Positions 1 to 10,453 of a stretch of DNA of 64,000 nt are shown in pieces (positions within the stretch are counted from its first letter, which is position 1; each line of letters opens with the position of its first letter). The DNA comes from Armatimonadota bacterium (lineage in GTDB: Bacteria > Armatimonadota > SYMT01): assembly GCA_041690135.1 (NCBI GenBank), contig JAWLHY010000001.1, positions 64,001 to 128,000 of the forward strand, in the 5' to 3' direction. The translations under genes were made by a program, and so were the position numbers. The notes beneath the pieces are model-generated. The model was not told the origin of the DNA, did no database searches, and was given only the letters and a program-made list of their open reading frames with translations.

Positions 1-443
1 GAAAACCGGTGACCTTTTTCAATCTGGAGGCGCTCCGCAAGCAGGGCCCTGCGGGCAAGGTCCTCCTCCAGTCCGGGGACGAGGTCTACGTCCACGAGCA
101 GGCGAGCCGCATCGCCCTGATCGGCGCCGTGCAGAACCCGGGGCCCCGCGCCCTGAAACCGGGCCTCAAGCTCCGAGAGCTGATGGTCGGGGGCGCGGCG
201 GACATTGTCTCCGCGGCCAACCCGGCGGTGGTCGACCTGGGCGCCGTCCAACTCCTGCGCGGTGGGAAACCCGCCCTGAAACTGAACCTGCGTGAGGTGC
301 TGCGCAAGCCCGAGCACCGCGACAACATCGCGCTCGAGAGCGGCGACGTGCTGTTCTTCCCGCCGCGGAAGGGGCTGCGTCGCAACCCGCTGGATTACGT
401 AGGCCAGCTCGGCTCGCTCGGTTTTCTCTTCGGGCTATTCTGA
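1..443 (+). CDS. SLBB-domain (Wza/polysaccharide export-like) protein, 5'-truncated by the window edge
   Basis: Repeated SLBB-type motifs LLQSGDEVYV, IGAVQNPG, DNIALESGDVLFFP; hydrophobic C-terminus; no convincing start inside the window. Confidence 0.75.
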   Translation, partial: KPVTFFNLEALRKQGPAGKVLLQSGDEVYVHEQASRIALIGAVQNPGPRALKPGLKLRELMVGGAADIVSAANPAVVDLGAVQLLRGGKPALKLNLREVLRKPEHRDNIALESGDVLFFPPRKGLRRNPLDYVGQLGSLGFLFGLF

Positions 444-456
444 AAGATTGGGCCGC

Positions 457-3400
457 ATGAGTTCTCCCTCTCCGACGGGCCGGCGACACCCCGGCTGGGT
501 GCTGCTGATCGCCGGTTTACTGGCCCTGTTCCTGGCCGGAGCGCCCGATGCCGCCGCGCCGGCCGCCGTGCGACTCCACCTGCGCTCCGTCGGCAGCTTC
601 GATCCCCGGACCCAGACCTCACGGGTGCCGTCGGACCTCTCCGTGATGGGCGCCCAGCCCACGCGGGCGCCGGCTCGGCTCGGAGCGTCGCAACTCTGGA
701 TCGTGCAGTTCGCGGGTCCCGTCCGGCCCAGTTGGCAGGAGCTGCTGCTCGACGCGGGGGCGGAGATCCTGCGATACCTGCCGGACTACGCTTACGTGGT
801 GCGGGTCGCCGACCGTCGTCTTCCCCGCGTCCGCTCCCTCCCGCACGTCCGCACGGTCACGCCGTTCCGCCCCGCCTACGCCCTGAGCCCCCGGCTGGCG
901 CGCCCCCGCCGCGGGCGCCTGGATGTCCGGATCGAGACCTTCCTGCCGGAGGACGTGCCCAACATCCTGACCTGGGTCCGCAAGCTTGGCGGGCGGGTGA
1001 AATCGGTGACCGCCACCGAGGTCGGCTCCATCTCGGCGGATATCTCCTGGGCCGGAGCCCGCGCCCTGACCCGCGTCTACGGCGTGGCATGGGTGGAGGA
1101 GGAGCTGCCCCTCCGCCCCTTCAACGACGTCGGCTCCGGCATCTGCTACGTGCCCGCCACCCGCACGGCCCTGGGCCTCTACGGCACCGGGCAGATCGTC
1201 GCGGTGTCCGACACCGGCCTGGACAATGGGGATGCCGCCAGCGTGGGGATCGGCGCCGCCGGTACGCTGCACCCGGATTTCCAGGGGCGCCTCCTGTCCG
1301 CCACCAGTGTGAACGACCGGGGCACCTGGGACGATCCCGATGGGGCGGGCCACGGAACGCATGTCGCGGGTTCTGTCCTCGGAAACGGCCTCAACTCCGG
1401 CTCCACGCCCGCCCTGCACGCCTACGCCGGCAGCTACGCGGGGGCCGCCCCCGAGGCGCTGCTGGTCTTCCAGTCCAACCTCCGCAACGACGGCAACCTC
1501 TTCAGCGATCAGTACCGGTCGAACCTGTACCGGCTGTTCCAGGAGGCCTACGACCAGGGCGCGCGCATCCACAGCGACAGTTGGGGCGCCAACGTCCAGG
1601 GGATGTACACTTCGGACTCGTATCTCGTGGACCGCTTCATGTGGGAGCGGCAGGACATGCTGTGCGTGTTCGCCGCGGGCAACGACGGTCGCGACACCGG
1701 AACCCCGGACGGCATCGTGGACCTCGACTCGATGGGGGCGCCCGCGACCGCCAAGAACTGCCTGACGGTGGGAGCGACGGAAACCGAGCGGAACATCTAC
1801 AGCACCACCTGGTCGCTCTTCGGCAACCCCTCGCGGTTCACCACCGCGCCGATCAGCACGGACCGCGTGGACACCAGTCGCTTCGGCATGGCCGCCTTCA
1901 GCTCCCGCGGCCCCTGCGACGACCCGGCCGGCGCCTTCGGCGAGCGGCGGATCAAGCCGGACCTCGTGGCGCCAGGCACGGGCATTGCGTCTACCCGGTC
2001 GCAACTGCTGGCGGGTCCATTATCGGAGAACCACTGGGGCCGACTATCCGGTGCAGGCCTGACGACCTCGGGTAGCCTGGAGGATAACTCCTACCACTTC
2101 AATGGCGGGACCAGCATGGCCACGCCGCTGGTCGCGGGAATGGCGGCCCTGACACGTCAGTATTACCAGGAGCGGGAGAACCACCCCAACCCGAGCGCGG
2201 CGCTGCTCAAGGCCACGCTCCTCGCCAGCGCCTTCGATCTCCACTCCCTTCCGGCACGCGGACAATACACCTCTGCCAAGCCCGAGCAGCCCTCCGCCCG
2301 GCCCAACGCCGTCCAGGGGTGGGGGAGAGCCGATCTCCGGAAGGCCCTGAACCCGGCGGCCCACGTCCAGGACTTCAGCGGCGTGGCGTATCCGAACACG
2401 CGCCTGCTGTTCAACGATGTCCGTCCGGGTCTGCGCACGGGAGAACTGGACCTGATCTCCTTCCGGGCGACCACCGGCACCCCCCTGAATATCGTGTTGG
2501 CGTACACGGATGCCCCCGCCACCACTTCCGCCTCCGTAACCCTCGTCAACAACCTGGACCTCCGCATCACGGGTCCGGGAGGCACCACCTGGAACGGCAA
2601 CGGGGTAGACGGAGACAGTCGCAATAACGTGGAGTCGATCGACCTGCCGTCGTCTCTCACCACCGGAACCTACACGATTGCAGTGCGCGGGACCAACGTG
2701 CCGGCCGGACCGCAGCCCTACGCCGTGGTGGTCTACGGCGCCCTGCCTTCCTTCAGCCAGACGCTGCGCACCTCTCCGGCCTCGACTTTCTGCCAGTACA
2801 AACGCTCGGTACAACTGACCGCCCTGTTCAATGGTCAGCCGACCACCGGGGTCGAGTGGAAGGTCCTGAGCGGCGGCGGCGCCGTAACCACGAGCGGCCT
2901 TTACACGGCGCCGCCTTCCGGCACGAGCGCGGTGGTCGAGGCGAAGTTCGGCGCATTGACCGCGTCTACCACCATCACCTTTGAGCCGACTTCGCCGATC
3001 CAACTACCGCCCATTGCGCGGATCGAGATCTTCCACGCTGTCCCCTCGGAGTTGGTCAACATGCGCGTGGGCACGGGCGCCAATCCGGATGATCCGGTTT
3101 GGGAGCACCCCCAGTACAGGACCGGGTTCGGCGACACACCGGGACTGTTGGTGGAAGAGTTCGACCTCGTCGGCGCGCCCTCGGGATCGCTGCCTCCGAA
3201 CACGTCCAACCCGTGGTGGGTGCGGATCGAAGACTTCGGCGTGCCTGGGGAGAACAGCGGGGAGCTGCGGGTCTTCTGGGTCCGCTACCAGGGCGTCCAG
3301 TATTCCGCCTCCACGTTGCCGGCCCCTGTGCCGCCGACTCTGGAAGAGTACACCACCACCATCTTCATCAACCCATCGAACAGCACGGCCGGGCCGACGA

Positions 3401-4374
3401 TCCTGGCCCGGGTGCTCCTCACGCACACCCAGCCGTCGCAGATCAACTCGATCACGGTGGGATGCGGGCCCAACCCCGCCAGTCCCCTGTGGGAGTCGCC
3501 GGCGCAGACCGGGTTGGGCGCGGGGGAGAAGCTCTTCCGGCTGGACGACGCCCCGGCGGAGGCGTTCCCTCCCTCCGCAAACTATCCGTGGTTCGTCAAG
3601 ATCAACGATAACATCGCCAACACCGCCACGGGCCAGGTGAGCGGGTTTACGATCACCTACAACCAGCAGGAGTACATCGCGGGCGACCTGCCCCGGATCA
3701 TTCCGTCCGTGGGCACCGTGATCGCCTGGATCGATCCGCGCCCGCCGACAGTGGCGCTTACGGCGCCGGCACCTGGGGCCTCGCTGACCAACATCTTCAC
3801 CCTCACGGCCGACGCCACGGACAACGATACCGTGAAGCGCGTGGAGTTCTACGTGGATGACCGCCTGCTGGCGACCGACGCAACCCCGCCGTTCGGTTAC
3901 GCCTGGGATACCATGCCGGAGACGAACGGACCGCACCGGATCAGCGTGCGCGCCTTCGATCCGAGCGGGAACACCTCCGAAAGCTACGTCATCGCTTCCA
4001 TCGCCAATGCGGCCCTACGACCCAGCGTGGAGATGACGGTCGGCGAGTGGAGCTTCAATACCTCTACCCGGGAGCTAACGGCCACCGCCACGTTCCGAAA
4101 TGCCGGGCCCGCACACAGCGACGCCTGGCACCTGACGCTGGAGCGGCTGACCCTTTTCGGCACCGGTCCGGGGTTCGCGGGCGAACGCACCCTTTACATG
4201 CAGCCGGTTTCCGGGACGCCAGTGCCGCGCAACCTGGGAACGCTTCCATCCGGTGGGACGACTTCCCTGCAGCTGAAGGTCACCGTCCCCCCCGATGTGT
4301 CCGCCATACCCCGCTGGACGAGCCGGGGCTATTACTTTAATCACGAGACAGGTGGTAATCGCTACTACCTGTAG
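457..4374 (+). CDS. Secreted S8 (subtilisin-like) serine peptidase with propeptide, P-domain-like repeats and bacterial Ig domain
   Basis: Signal peptide; catalytic motifs VSDTG, GHGTHVAG, GGTSMATP; IKPDLVAPG; Ig-type VEFYVDD...AFDPSGN; ATG at 457 chosen over TTG 448. Confidence 0.93.
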   Translation: MSSPSPTGRRHPGWVLLIAGLLALFLAGAPDAAAPAAVRLHLRSVGSFDPRTQTSRVPSDLSVMGAQPTRAPARLGASQLWIVQFAGPVRPSWQELLLDAGAEILRYLPDYAYVVRVADRRLPRVRSLPHVRTVTPFRPAYALSPRLARPRRGRLDVRIETFLPEDVPNILTWVRKLGGRVKSVTATEVGSISADISWAGARALTRVYGVAWVEEELPLRPFNDVGSGICYVPATRTALGLYGTGQIVAVSDTGLDNGDAASVGIGAAGTLHPDFQGRLLSATSVNDRGTWDDPDGAGHGTHVAGSVLGNGLNSGSTPALHAYAGSYAGAAPEALLVFQSNLRNDGNLFSDQYRSNLYRLFQEAYDQGARIHSDSWGANVQGMYTSDSYLVDRFMWERQDMLCVFAAGNDGRDTGTPDGIVDLDSMGAPATAKNCLTVGATETERNIYSTTWSLFGNPSRFTTAPISTDRVDTSRFGMAAFSSRGPCDDPAGAFGERRIKPDLVAPGTGIASTRSQLLAGPLSENHWGRLSGAGLTTSGSLEDNSYHFNGGTSMATPLVAGMAALTRQYYQERENHPNPSAALLKATLLASAFDLHSLPARGQYTSAKPEQPSARPNAVQGWGRADLRKALNPAAHVQDFSGVAYPNTRLLFNDVRPGLRTGELDLISFRATTGTPLNIVLAYTDAPATTSASVTLVNNLDLRITGPGGTTWNGNGVDGDSRNNVESIDLPSSLTTGTYTIAVRGTNVPAGPQPYAVVVYGALPSFSQTLRTSPASTFCQYKRSVQLTALFNGQPTTGVEWKVLSGGGAVTTSGLYTAPPSGTSAVVEAKFGALTASTTITFEPTSPIQLPPIARIEIFHAVPSELVNMRVGTGANPDDPVWEHPQYRTGFGDTPGLLVEEFDLVGAPSGSLPPNTSNPWWVRIEDFGVPGENSGELRVFWVRYQGVQYSASTLPAPVPPTLEEYTTTIFINPSNSTAGPTILARVLLTHTQPSQINSITVGCGPNPASPLWESPAQTGLGAGEKLFRLDDAPAEAFPPSANYPWFVKINDNIANTATGQVSGFTITYNQQEYIAGDLPRIIPSVGTVIAWIDPRPPTVALTAPAPGASLTNIFTLTADATDNDTVKRVEFYVDDRLLATDATPPFGYAWDTMPETNGPHRISVRAFDPSGNTSESYVIASIANAALRPSVEMTVGEWSFNTSTRELTATATFRNAGPAHSDAWHLTLERLTLFGTGPGFAGERTLYMQPVSGTPVPRNLGTLPSGGTTSLQLKVTVPPDVSAIPRWTSRGYYFNHETGGNRYYL

Positions 4375-4495
4375 GGCCAAGAGAACGTTATACTCCTCTC
4401 CGTGGAGTCACACGGAAGCCCCTCGACAGGGCGGGCTATCGGCGCCTGCGACATCTCCCCTCTCCATGCGCAACAATCGGAAATCAAGCAACGCC

Positions 4496-7400
4496 ATGCG
4501 AGCGAACTGGTCTCGAGGATTCACCACGCTGATACTTCTGGTAACGCTGGGGCTCGCCTGGTGCGGCGCGCCCGAGGCCGCGCCGGAGCGGATGCCGTTG
4601 TTCCTGCGGGCGACGGGCGCCTTCGATCCGGCCGGGACGCAGCCGCGGGTTCCGGCCGATCTGAGCCAGGCCGCCGTCCAGAGCTTCAGCGCACGCGCGA
4701 CTAACCGCGTAGCGCCACCCAAAGGGGTGGGCCACTGGATCGTACAGTTCCGCGGGCCGGTTCTCGAGCACTGGAAAGAGGCGGTCGGTGAGTCCGGGGG
4801 ACGCCTGCTCCAGTATCTGCCCCAGAATGCGTTCATCGTTCGCATTGCCAACCGCGAAGTTCCCAAGGTCCGGCGCCTGCCGTACGTCCGCGCGGTCACC
4901 CCGTTCCATCCGGCCTACGCCCTTAGCCCGGCACTGCCGCGCCCGAGCCGAAGCCGGCTTAAAGTGAACATCCGGACCTTCTCACCCGAGGACCTGTCGG
5001 TGGTCCAACTGGCAGCCCGGCGCATGGGAGGTCGCATCACCTCCGTCTCGGCTGCCGGCGACGGTATGCTGACGGCCGATATCACCTCGGCCGCCATCCG
5101 CGCCCTGGCGCGCACCTTCGGCATCGCCTGGATCGAGCCGCTTCCCGCGTACCGGGTTCATTCCAGCCGGGCCAACGGGACCACGCGGGTCGACACCGCC
5201 CGGCAGCAAGTCAGCCTTTACGGCACCAACCAGATCGTGGCGGTAGCCGATACCGGTCTCGACCAGGGCCCCGCGGACGCCGTGGGCCTGGGAGCATACT
5301 CCCAGCACCTCCACCCGGACTTCACCAGCCGCATCCTGCAGGTCCAGGATCTGAACCTGCGGGGCGGATCGGACGAAGTGGTCTGGAGCGACCCCAACGG
5401 GCACGGCACGCACGTAGCGGGCGTGCTCCTGGGGAGCGGACGGGTCAGTGGCGCCGAGCCGGCGATCCAGTTGTATAACTCCAAGCTTTCCGGAGTCGTG
5501 CCGGAGGCGAACCTGGTGCTTCAATCGATCCTGGATGAAGACGGAAACATCCTCGGCCATCCGGAAGTCCAGGACCTCTACTTCATGTTCCAGCGGGCCT
5601 ACGATGCGGGCGCCCGGGTCCACAACAACAGTTGGGGCGCCGAGAACCGGCTGCACCAGACGCAGTTGGGAATTGCTCCCCAGTACGCGGGGCAATACTT
5701 CCAGGCCTCGCAGGCCGTGGACCGGTTCACCTGGGACCACCCGGACATGGTCATCGTCTTCTCCGCCGGCAACGGTGCGGAGGATCGAGACGGCAACGGG
5801 ATCATGGATTACGGACACACGCGGAACTCCATCGAAATTCCCGCCACCGCCAAGAATTGCATTGCCGTGGGTGCCACGGAGAACAGTCGACCCGAAGTGG
5901 ACGTGAACTACGGGCAACTGATGCCGTTTGCCTCCCTTTTCACGCCGATCGTGGAGGACCGGGTCGCGAACTTCGTCCACGGAATGGCGGCCTTCAGCGC
6001 CCGCGGCTACTGCGCCGACCCCGTCGGCAATTCGGAAGTGGCCCGCATCAAGCCAGACATCGTCGCCCCTGGCACGTATGTCGCGGGGGCACGTACGAGC
6101 GTGGCGTTTTTCGACGAGAACTTCGAAGGCGCCCAGCCCGGCGGCCTTCCGCAGGGCTGGACCCGCAGCGGAATTGCGGCAGTGACCAACGTGGACGGGC
6201 ATCCTACGCCGGGGCAATCGGCAGGCTTTGGGAACCCGGTCAGCGGATACCCGGTACTGGAACGGAACGGCACCGAGACCTTGGGTCTACCACTCCACCC
6301 GGACCTGGACCAGGCCTCTTGCCTCTATGTCAGTTACTGGACCAAGTACAATCTCCGCTCGGGTGATCAGGTGAAACTGTCTTACGGCTCGACGATCCTG
6401 GAATCCTCGATCGTCGGAACCAGCGACGGGGCCTGGGTCTACCGCACCGACGTGATCCGGCCCCTCCAACCCTCCGTCGACCGTATCACCTTCAACCTGA
6501 TCGGCGGAAGCACGAGCCAGGGCACCTACTACTTCCTGATCGACGACGTCCAGGTTCGGCCGGGGATCGGTAACGTCCTGAGCAATGTCGACCCGGGCTC
6601 CCTCGGGACCGCCCTCAATGAGGCGTATCAGTTTGCCTCCGGCACCAGCGTGGCGGCAGCGCAGGTCTCGGGCGCGGCCGCCCAGGTCCGCCAGTGGTAT
6701 CAGGAAGTGATGAACCACGGCCAGCCCAGCGCCGCCCTGATCAAGGCGACTCTGCTGACCAACGCCGCCGACCTGTTCAACACCGCGGACCAGGGCCAGT
6801 ACCCCTCCCATCCGGAGCAGCCGAGCCCGCGGCCGAACCCGGTCCAGGGATGGGGAAGGTTGGACGTGGCCAACGCCGTGCTCCCGGGAGTAGACGACCC
6901 GGACCGGACGGTGCTCTTTGCCGACGTATCGCCGGGTCTCGGTACCACCGAGTTCGATCAGTACCGGATCACGGTGTCCGGCGGCAACCGATTGAGCGTT
7001 GGGCTGGTATGGACTGATCCCCCCGCATCCCAGGCTTCCGGGGTGACGCTGGTCAACAACCTGGATCTCCTGGTGGAGACCCTGGATGGCGCGAAGTACC
7101 GCGGCAACGGGGTTGGCGGGGCGGGCGACGATCGCAACAACGTGGAAACCGTCGATGTCTCTGAACCGGGAACCAGAACGTATCTGGTTACCGTCACGGG
7201 GACCAACGTTCCCCTCGGCAAACAACCTTACGCGCTGGTGATCGGCGGCCGCGTACGCTACGCGCCCGAGAGCGGACTCCGCATCTCGCCATCCAAGGCG
7301 CAGTGCCAGTTTGGACGCAGTTACCGGTTCTCGGCCTATTTCCAGGGCATCCCCACCACCGGCGTGGAGTGGAAAGTGGCCACGGATAAGGGCGGGTTCA

Positions 7401-8953
7401 TCGACGCGAACGGCGTCTACACCGCCCCCAATGCCGGAGGTCCCGTGGAGATCCAGGCAGCTTACACGCTGCCGGGGACTTCCACCACCTACACGGCGAG
7501 CGCGCAGGTCGAACTGGTCGGCTTCCCGCTGCCGGACACCACTCCCAGTGGACACGTGGTGGTGAGCTACCCGGGCGCGCAAAGCGACATCAGCGTCGTG
7601 GAATTCGGCCACGACAGCGGCACCCCGCCTCCGGGCCCACCCGCGGTCGCCGAATACCTGACCGATAACAAGCCCGGCGACCCCACGGTGCCGGGTACCG
7701 GGGGCATGTTCACGCGCACGTTCCCACTCCAGAACTTCCCGTCCGGGTCGCTCCCGCCGAAGCCGGGCGAGTACTGGTGGGTCCACGTGCGGAACACCGG
7801 CGCCGCGGACGCCGAGGTGCCCACCGCGTGGCTAGTTTACGAGGGGCGGAAGTACACCTCCGATAGCGCGGTCACCGTGCCCGCCGGCACCGACCGCTAC
7901 ATCTACATCAACCCGACCACCGAGCGGCCACTGCCCGAGGTGTACGCCTACGTGGAGATCTACCATCCAAGGCCGAGTGACCTGACGAAGATCATCGTGG
8001 GAACGCCGGAGAACGGAGAGCGCGGTGCCTGGACCTCCGCGGTCGAGACAGGAGCGTCCGCCACGTCGAACATGCTCACCCTCGGGTTCGACCTGACAGA
8101 TGCCCCGGAGGGCTCGCTCCCGCCGGACGCGGACAACTCCTGGTTCGTTCGGATCGAGGACAGTGTGAGCGGGGACGTGGGGGTGCTGCGGAAGTTCTAC
8201 ATCCGCTACAACGGGGCTTACTACCGGGCCCGTCACCTGCCGCAGGGCCTGCGCGACGGTTCGTCCGGAGGTCCGGGCGTGGGGATCGGCTGGATCGACT
8301 ACACCCCCCCGGCCGTACGGATCACGGAGCCTGCACACGCCAGCACCATTACCGGAGCGGTTACGCTCCGGGCCGAGGCGACCGATAACGCCTGGGTGGC
8401 CCGGGTGGAGTTCTCGGTGGACGACCGCCTGCTCGGGGTCGACACCGAAGCGCCCTATGAGCTTACCGGGGATACGTACTTCGAGACCAACACCTGGCAT
8501 CGCGTGGTGGCGCGCGCCTTCGACGCCTCGGGCAACTGGAACGAGCATTCGATCGACGTATACACCGGCAACGGCGGCACGCGACCCAACGTGGCGGTGA
8601 ACATGGGCAACTGGCACTTTGACCCCACCACGCGCGAGTTGACCGGCACGATCACCCTGCGCAACACCACAATCACCGGCACCCGGGCCTACAACACCAC
8701 GCTCCAGCGCGTAACGCTCTACGGAACGGGGCCATCGTTTACGGGAACGCGCAGGTTGTACATGCAGCCCGTGGTTCCGCCGCCGCTGCCGCTCCGCACG
8801 CCGGGGGCCAACCCGGGGGAGATCGCACCAGGAAACTTCGCGAGCTTCCAGCTCAAGGTAGTCGTGCCGCCGGAGATCACCGCCGTCCCGCGCTGGAGCG
8901 CCACCGGTTTCTATTCGGACGACCCGGTGGCGGGCAGCTACTATCATCTCTAA
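4496..8953 (+). CDS. Secreted S8 serine peptidase, tandem paralog with an inserted domain
   Basis: VADTG, GHGTHVAG, SGTSVAAA; same architecture as 457..4374 plus a ~150-aa insert (FFDENFEG...FLIDDVQV); start uncertain (4466 or 4496). Confidence 0.92.
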   Translation: MRANWSRGFTTLILLVTLGLAWCGAPEAAPERMPLFLRATGAFDPAGTQPRVPADLSQAAVQSFSARATNRVAPPKGVGHWIVQFRGPVLEHWKEAVGESGGRLLQYLPQNAFIVRIANREVPKVRRLPYVRAVTPFHPAYALSPALPRPSRSRLKVNIRTFSPEDLSVVQLAARRMGGRITSVSAAGDGMLTADITSAAIRALARTFGIAWIEPLPAYRVHSSRANGTTRVDTARQQVSLYGTNQIVAVADTGLDQGPADAVGLGAYSQHLHPDFTSRILQVQDLNLRGGSDEVVWSDPNGHGTHVAGVLLGSGRVSGAEPAIQLYNSKLSGVVPEANLVLQSILDEDGNILGHPEVQDLYFMFQRAYDAGARVHNNSWGAENRLHQTQLGIAPQYAGQYFQASQAVDRFTWDHPDMVIVFSAGNGAEDRDGNGIMDYGHTRNSIEIPATAKNCIAVGATENSRPEVDVNYGQLMPFASLFTPIVEDRVANFVHGMAAFSARGYCADPVGNSEVARIKPDIVAPGTYVAGARTSVAFFDENFEGAQPGGLPQGWTRSGIAAVTNVDGHPTPGQSAGFGNPVSGYPVLERNGTETLGLPLHPDLDQASCLYVSYWTKYNLRSGDQVKLSYGSTILESSIVGTSDGAWVYRTDVIRPLQPSVDRITFNLIGGSTSQGTYYFLIDDVQVRPGIGNVLSNVDPGSLGTALNEAYQFASGTSVAAAQVSGAAAQVRQWYQEVMNHGQPSAALIKATLLTNAADLFNTADQGQYPSHPEQPSPRPNPVQGWGRLDVANAVLPGVDDPDRTVLFADVSPGLGTTEFDQYRITVSGGNRLSVGLVWTDPPASQASGVTLVNNLDLLVETLDGAKYRGNGVGGAGDDRNNVETVDVSEPGTRTYLVTVTGTNVPLGKQPYALVIGGRVRYAPESGLRISPSKAQCQFGRSYRFSAYFQGIPTTGVEWKVATDKGGFIDANGVYTAPNAGGPVEIQAAYTLPGTSTTYTASAQVELVGFPLPDTTPSGHVVVSYPGAQSDISVVEFGHDSGTPPPGPPAVAEYLTDNKPGDPTVPGTGGMFTRTFPLQNFPSGSLPPKPGEYWWVHVRNTGAADAEVPTAWLVYEGRKYTSDSAVTVPAGTDRYIYINPTTERPLPEVYAYVEIYHPRPSDLTKIIVGTPENGERGAWTSAVETGASATSNMLTLGFDLTDAPEGSLPPDADNSWFVRIEDSVSGDVGVLRKFYIRYNGAYYRARHLPQGLRDGSSGGPGVGIGWIDYTPPAVRITEPAHASTITGAVTLRAEATDNAWVARVEFSVDDRLLGVDTEAPYELTGDTYFETNTWHRVVARAFDASGNWNEHSIDVYTGNGGTRPNVAVNMGNWHFDPTTRELTGTITLRNTTITGTRAYNTTLQRVTLYGTGPSFTGTRRLYMQPVVPPPLPLRTPGANPGEIAPGNFASFQLKVVVPPEITAVPRWSATGFYSDDPVAGSYYHL

Positions 8954-9162
8954 CGGGAAGCACTCGCCAGGGGCCGCCGTGACCTCCCGGCACACCTTCG
9001 ACGCTACCGCGCCCGGTGGATGACCTGTTACAATCAGGCAGGACCTTGGGCTCCGACCCGGCAGGGCAGAACACCGGCGGATGTTTTGAACACTCCGCAG
9101 TGGAACGTGATGGGCAAGTACTTCGACACAAGCGGAAAGCGGTGCAAGCGGTGAGGGAACGC

Positions 9163-9453
9163 ATGGCCACGGAAATCCACAAGACCGGAGAGGAGCATCC
9201 CGAGCGACCTGATATTCCCGGAGAGAACGCCGGCAGGTGCGGAGGCCGCGCTCCTTATCAGGCGCCGTGCCTGCGCCGGCTAGGAAACATCGCGGATGTG
9301 ACGAAGGGAACCGGCACCGGTCCCGGCGTGCTGGTGGGCGGGTTCGGAGCCGGCCAGGAGAAAGAACAGATCCGCATCTACGGGGACTACTCGACCGACC
9401 AGGTTGGCTCCATCCTCAACGGCCCTCCGGAGAATCCTCCGGAGGGGCGGTAA
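9163..9453 (+). CDS. Lasso-RiPP-type leader peptide-containing precursor (96 aa)
   Basis: YQAPCLRRLGNIADVTKG matches the lasso leader consensus YxxPxLxxxGxxxxxTx-G; GAGGG RBS before ATG 9163; followed by kinase and nucleotidyltransferase genes. Confidence 0.75.
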   Translation: MATEIHKTGEEHPERPDIPGENAGRCGGRAPYQAPCLRRLGNIADVTKGTGTGPGVLVGGFGAGQEKEQIRIYGDYSTDQVGSILNGPPENPPEGR

Positions 9454-9466
9454 CGGTAAGAGCGGG

Positions 9467-10450
9467 ATGTGGGCCGCCGGAATGGATGCGACGACCTTCT
9501 TTGACGAGCGGCGGTTCCATGGCCTGCGGGTGCGGATAGCCGCCGATTCCCCGGCGCTGCGGTCCGCCCTTCTCCGGGAGTTTCCCCACGAGGACCTGCC
9601 TCAACCGCAGGGTCCGGAACGCGGAATGGTGGAGATCCGGGCCGAAGCGGAAGGCGCGGGGGAAGCTTTCCCGGAGCCCCCGGCGCCGCTCCAACCCGGA
9701 GCCGTCGGGCTGGCCTATCGGGTGACCCGGGACCGCCTCTGGCTCGAGACACGCACCGGATCCCGGGGCTGCTTCGACCTCCAACTTCGAACCGCGAGGC
9801 TCCGGATGGTCTCCACCGCCGACGTGGAAGCGGACACCGCCGCCCTCCTGGGTGTGGGGCTGCCCTACCTTTACCGCGAGTTGGGCCTGTACCCGGTACA
9901 CGCGTCTGCCGTCCTGGCAAACCGCACCCCGGTGCTGCTCGCCGGTGTCAGCGGCTCGGGAAAGTCGACCACCGCCGCGCTGCTCGCCCGGAGTGGCTTC
10001 GGTTTCTTCGCCGACGACCTGGTGCTGCTGGAGCCGACCGGAGACACGCTCACGCTGCGCGGGGTTCCGCGCCCTCCGCGGCTCGACGCAGCCGCTCGTC
10101 GACGGCTGGAGAGTCTTGCAACCGGCCCTGCACCCGCCTCCGCCCGGAGCGAGCCGGAGACGTTCGCCGCCCGGCCCCCGGTCCTGCTGCTCTTCCCCCA
10201 GGTAGAACACATTCGCGACACCCGTCTGGAGCTCCTCACCGGTCCCGAGGCAGTCGGCGCGCTGATCCGCTGCTCGCTCCTGATGGGCGAGAAGGAGGCC
10301 ACTCAAAAGCATCTCTCGGCGCTGGCGGCCCTCGCCACGGAGGCTTCCGCGTACCGCCTGCGGTTGGGAGAAGGGGTAGAGGCCCTTCCGGGCCAATTAC
10401 GCAACCTCTTGGCTGCCGCGTCAGCTTCCGAAAGTGGGCGAGTGATCTAG
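9467..10450 (+). CDS. HPr kinase-like P-loop kinase (lasso-associated type)
   Basis: VHASAV, Walker A GVSGSGKST, FFADD motif. Confidence 0.85.
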   Translation: MWAAGMDATTFFDERRFHGLRVRIAADSPALRSALLREFPHEDLPQPQGPERGMVEIRAEAEGAGEAFPEPPAPLQPGAVGLAYRVTRDRLWLETRTGSRGCFDLQLRTARLRMVSTADVEADTAALLGVGLPYLYRELGLYPVHASAVLANRTPVLLAGVSGSGKSTTAALLARSGFGFFADDLVLLEPTGDTLTLRGVPRPPRLDAAARRRLESLATGPAPASARSEPETFAARPPVLLLFPQVEHIRDTRLELLTGPEAVGALIRCSLLMGEKEATQKHLSALAALATEASAYRLRLGEGVEALPGQLRNLLAAASASESGRVI

Positions 10451-10453
10451 GAG

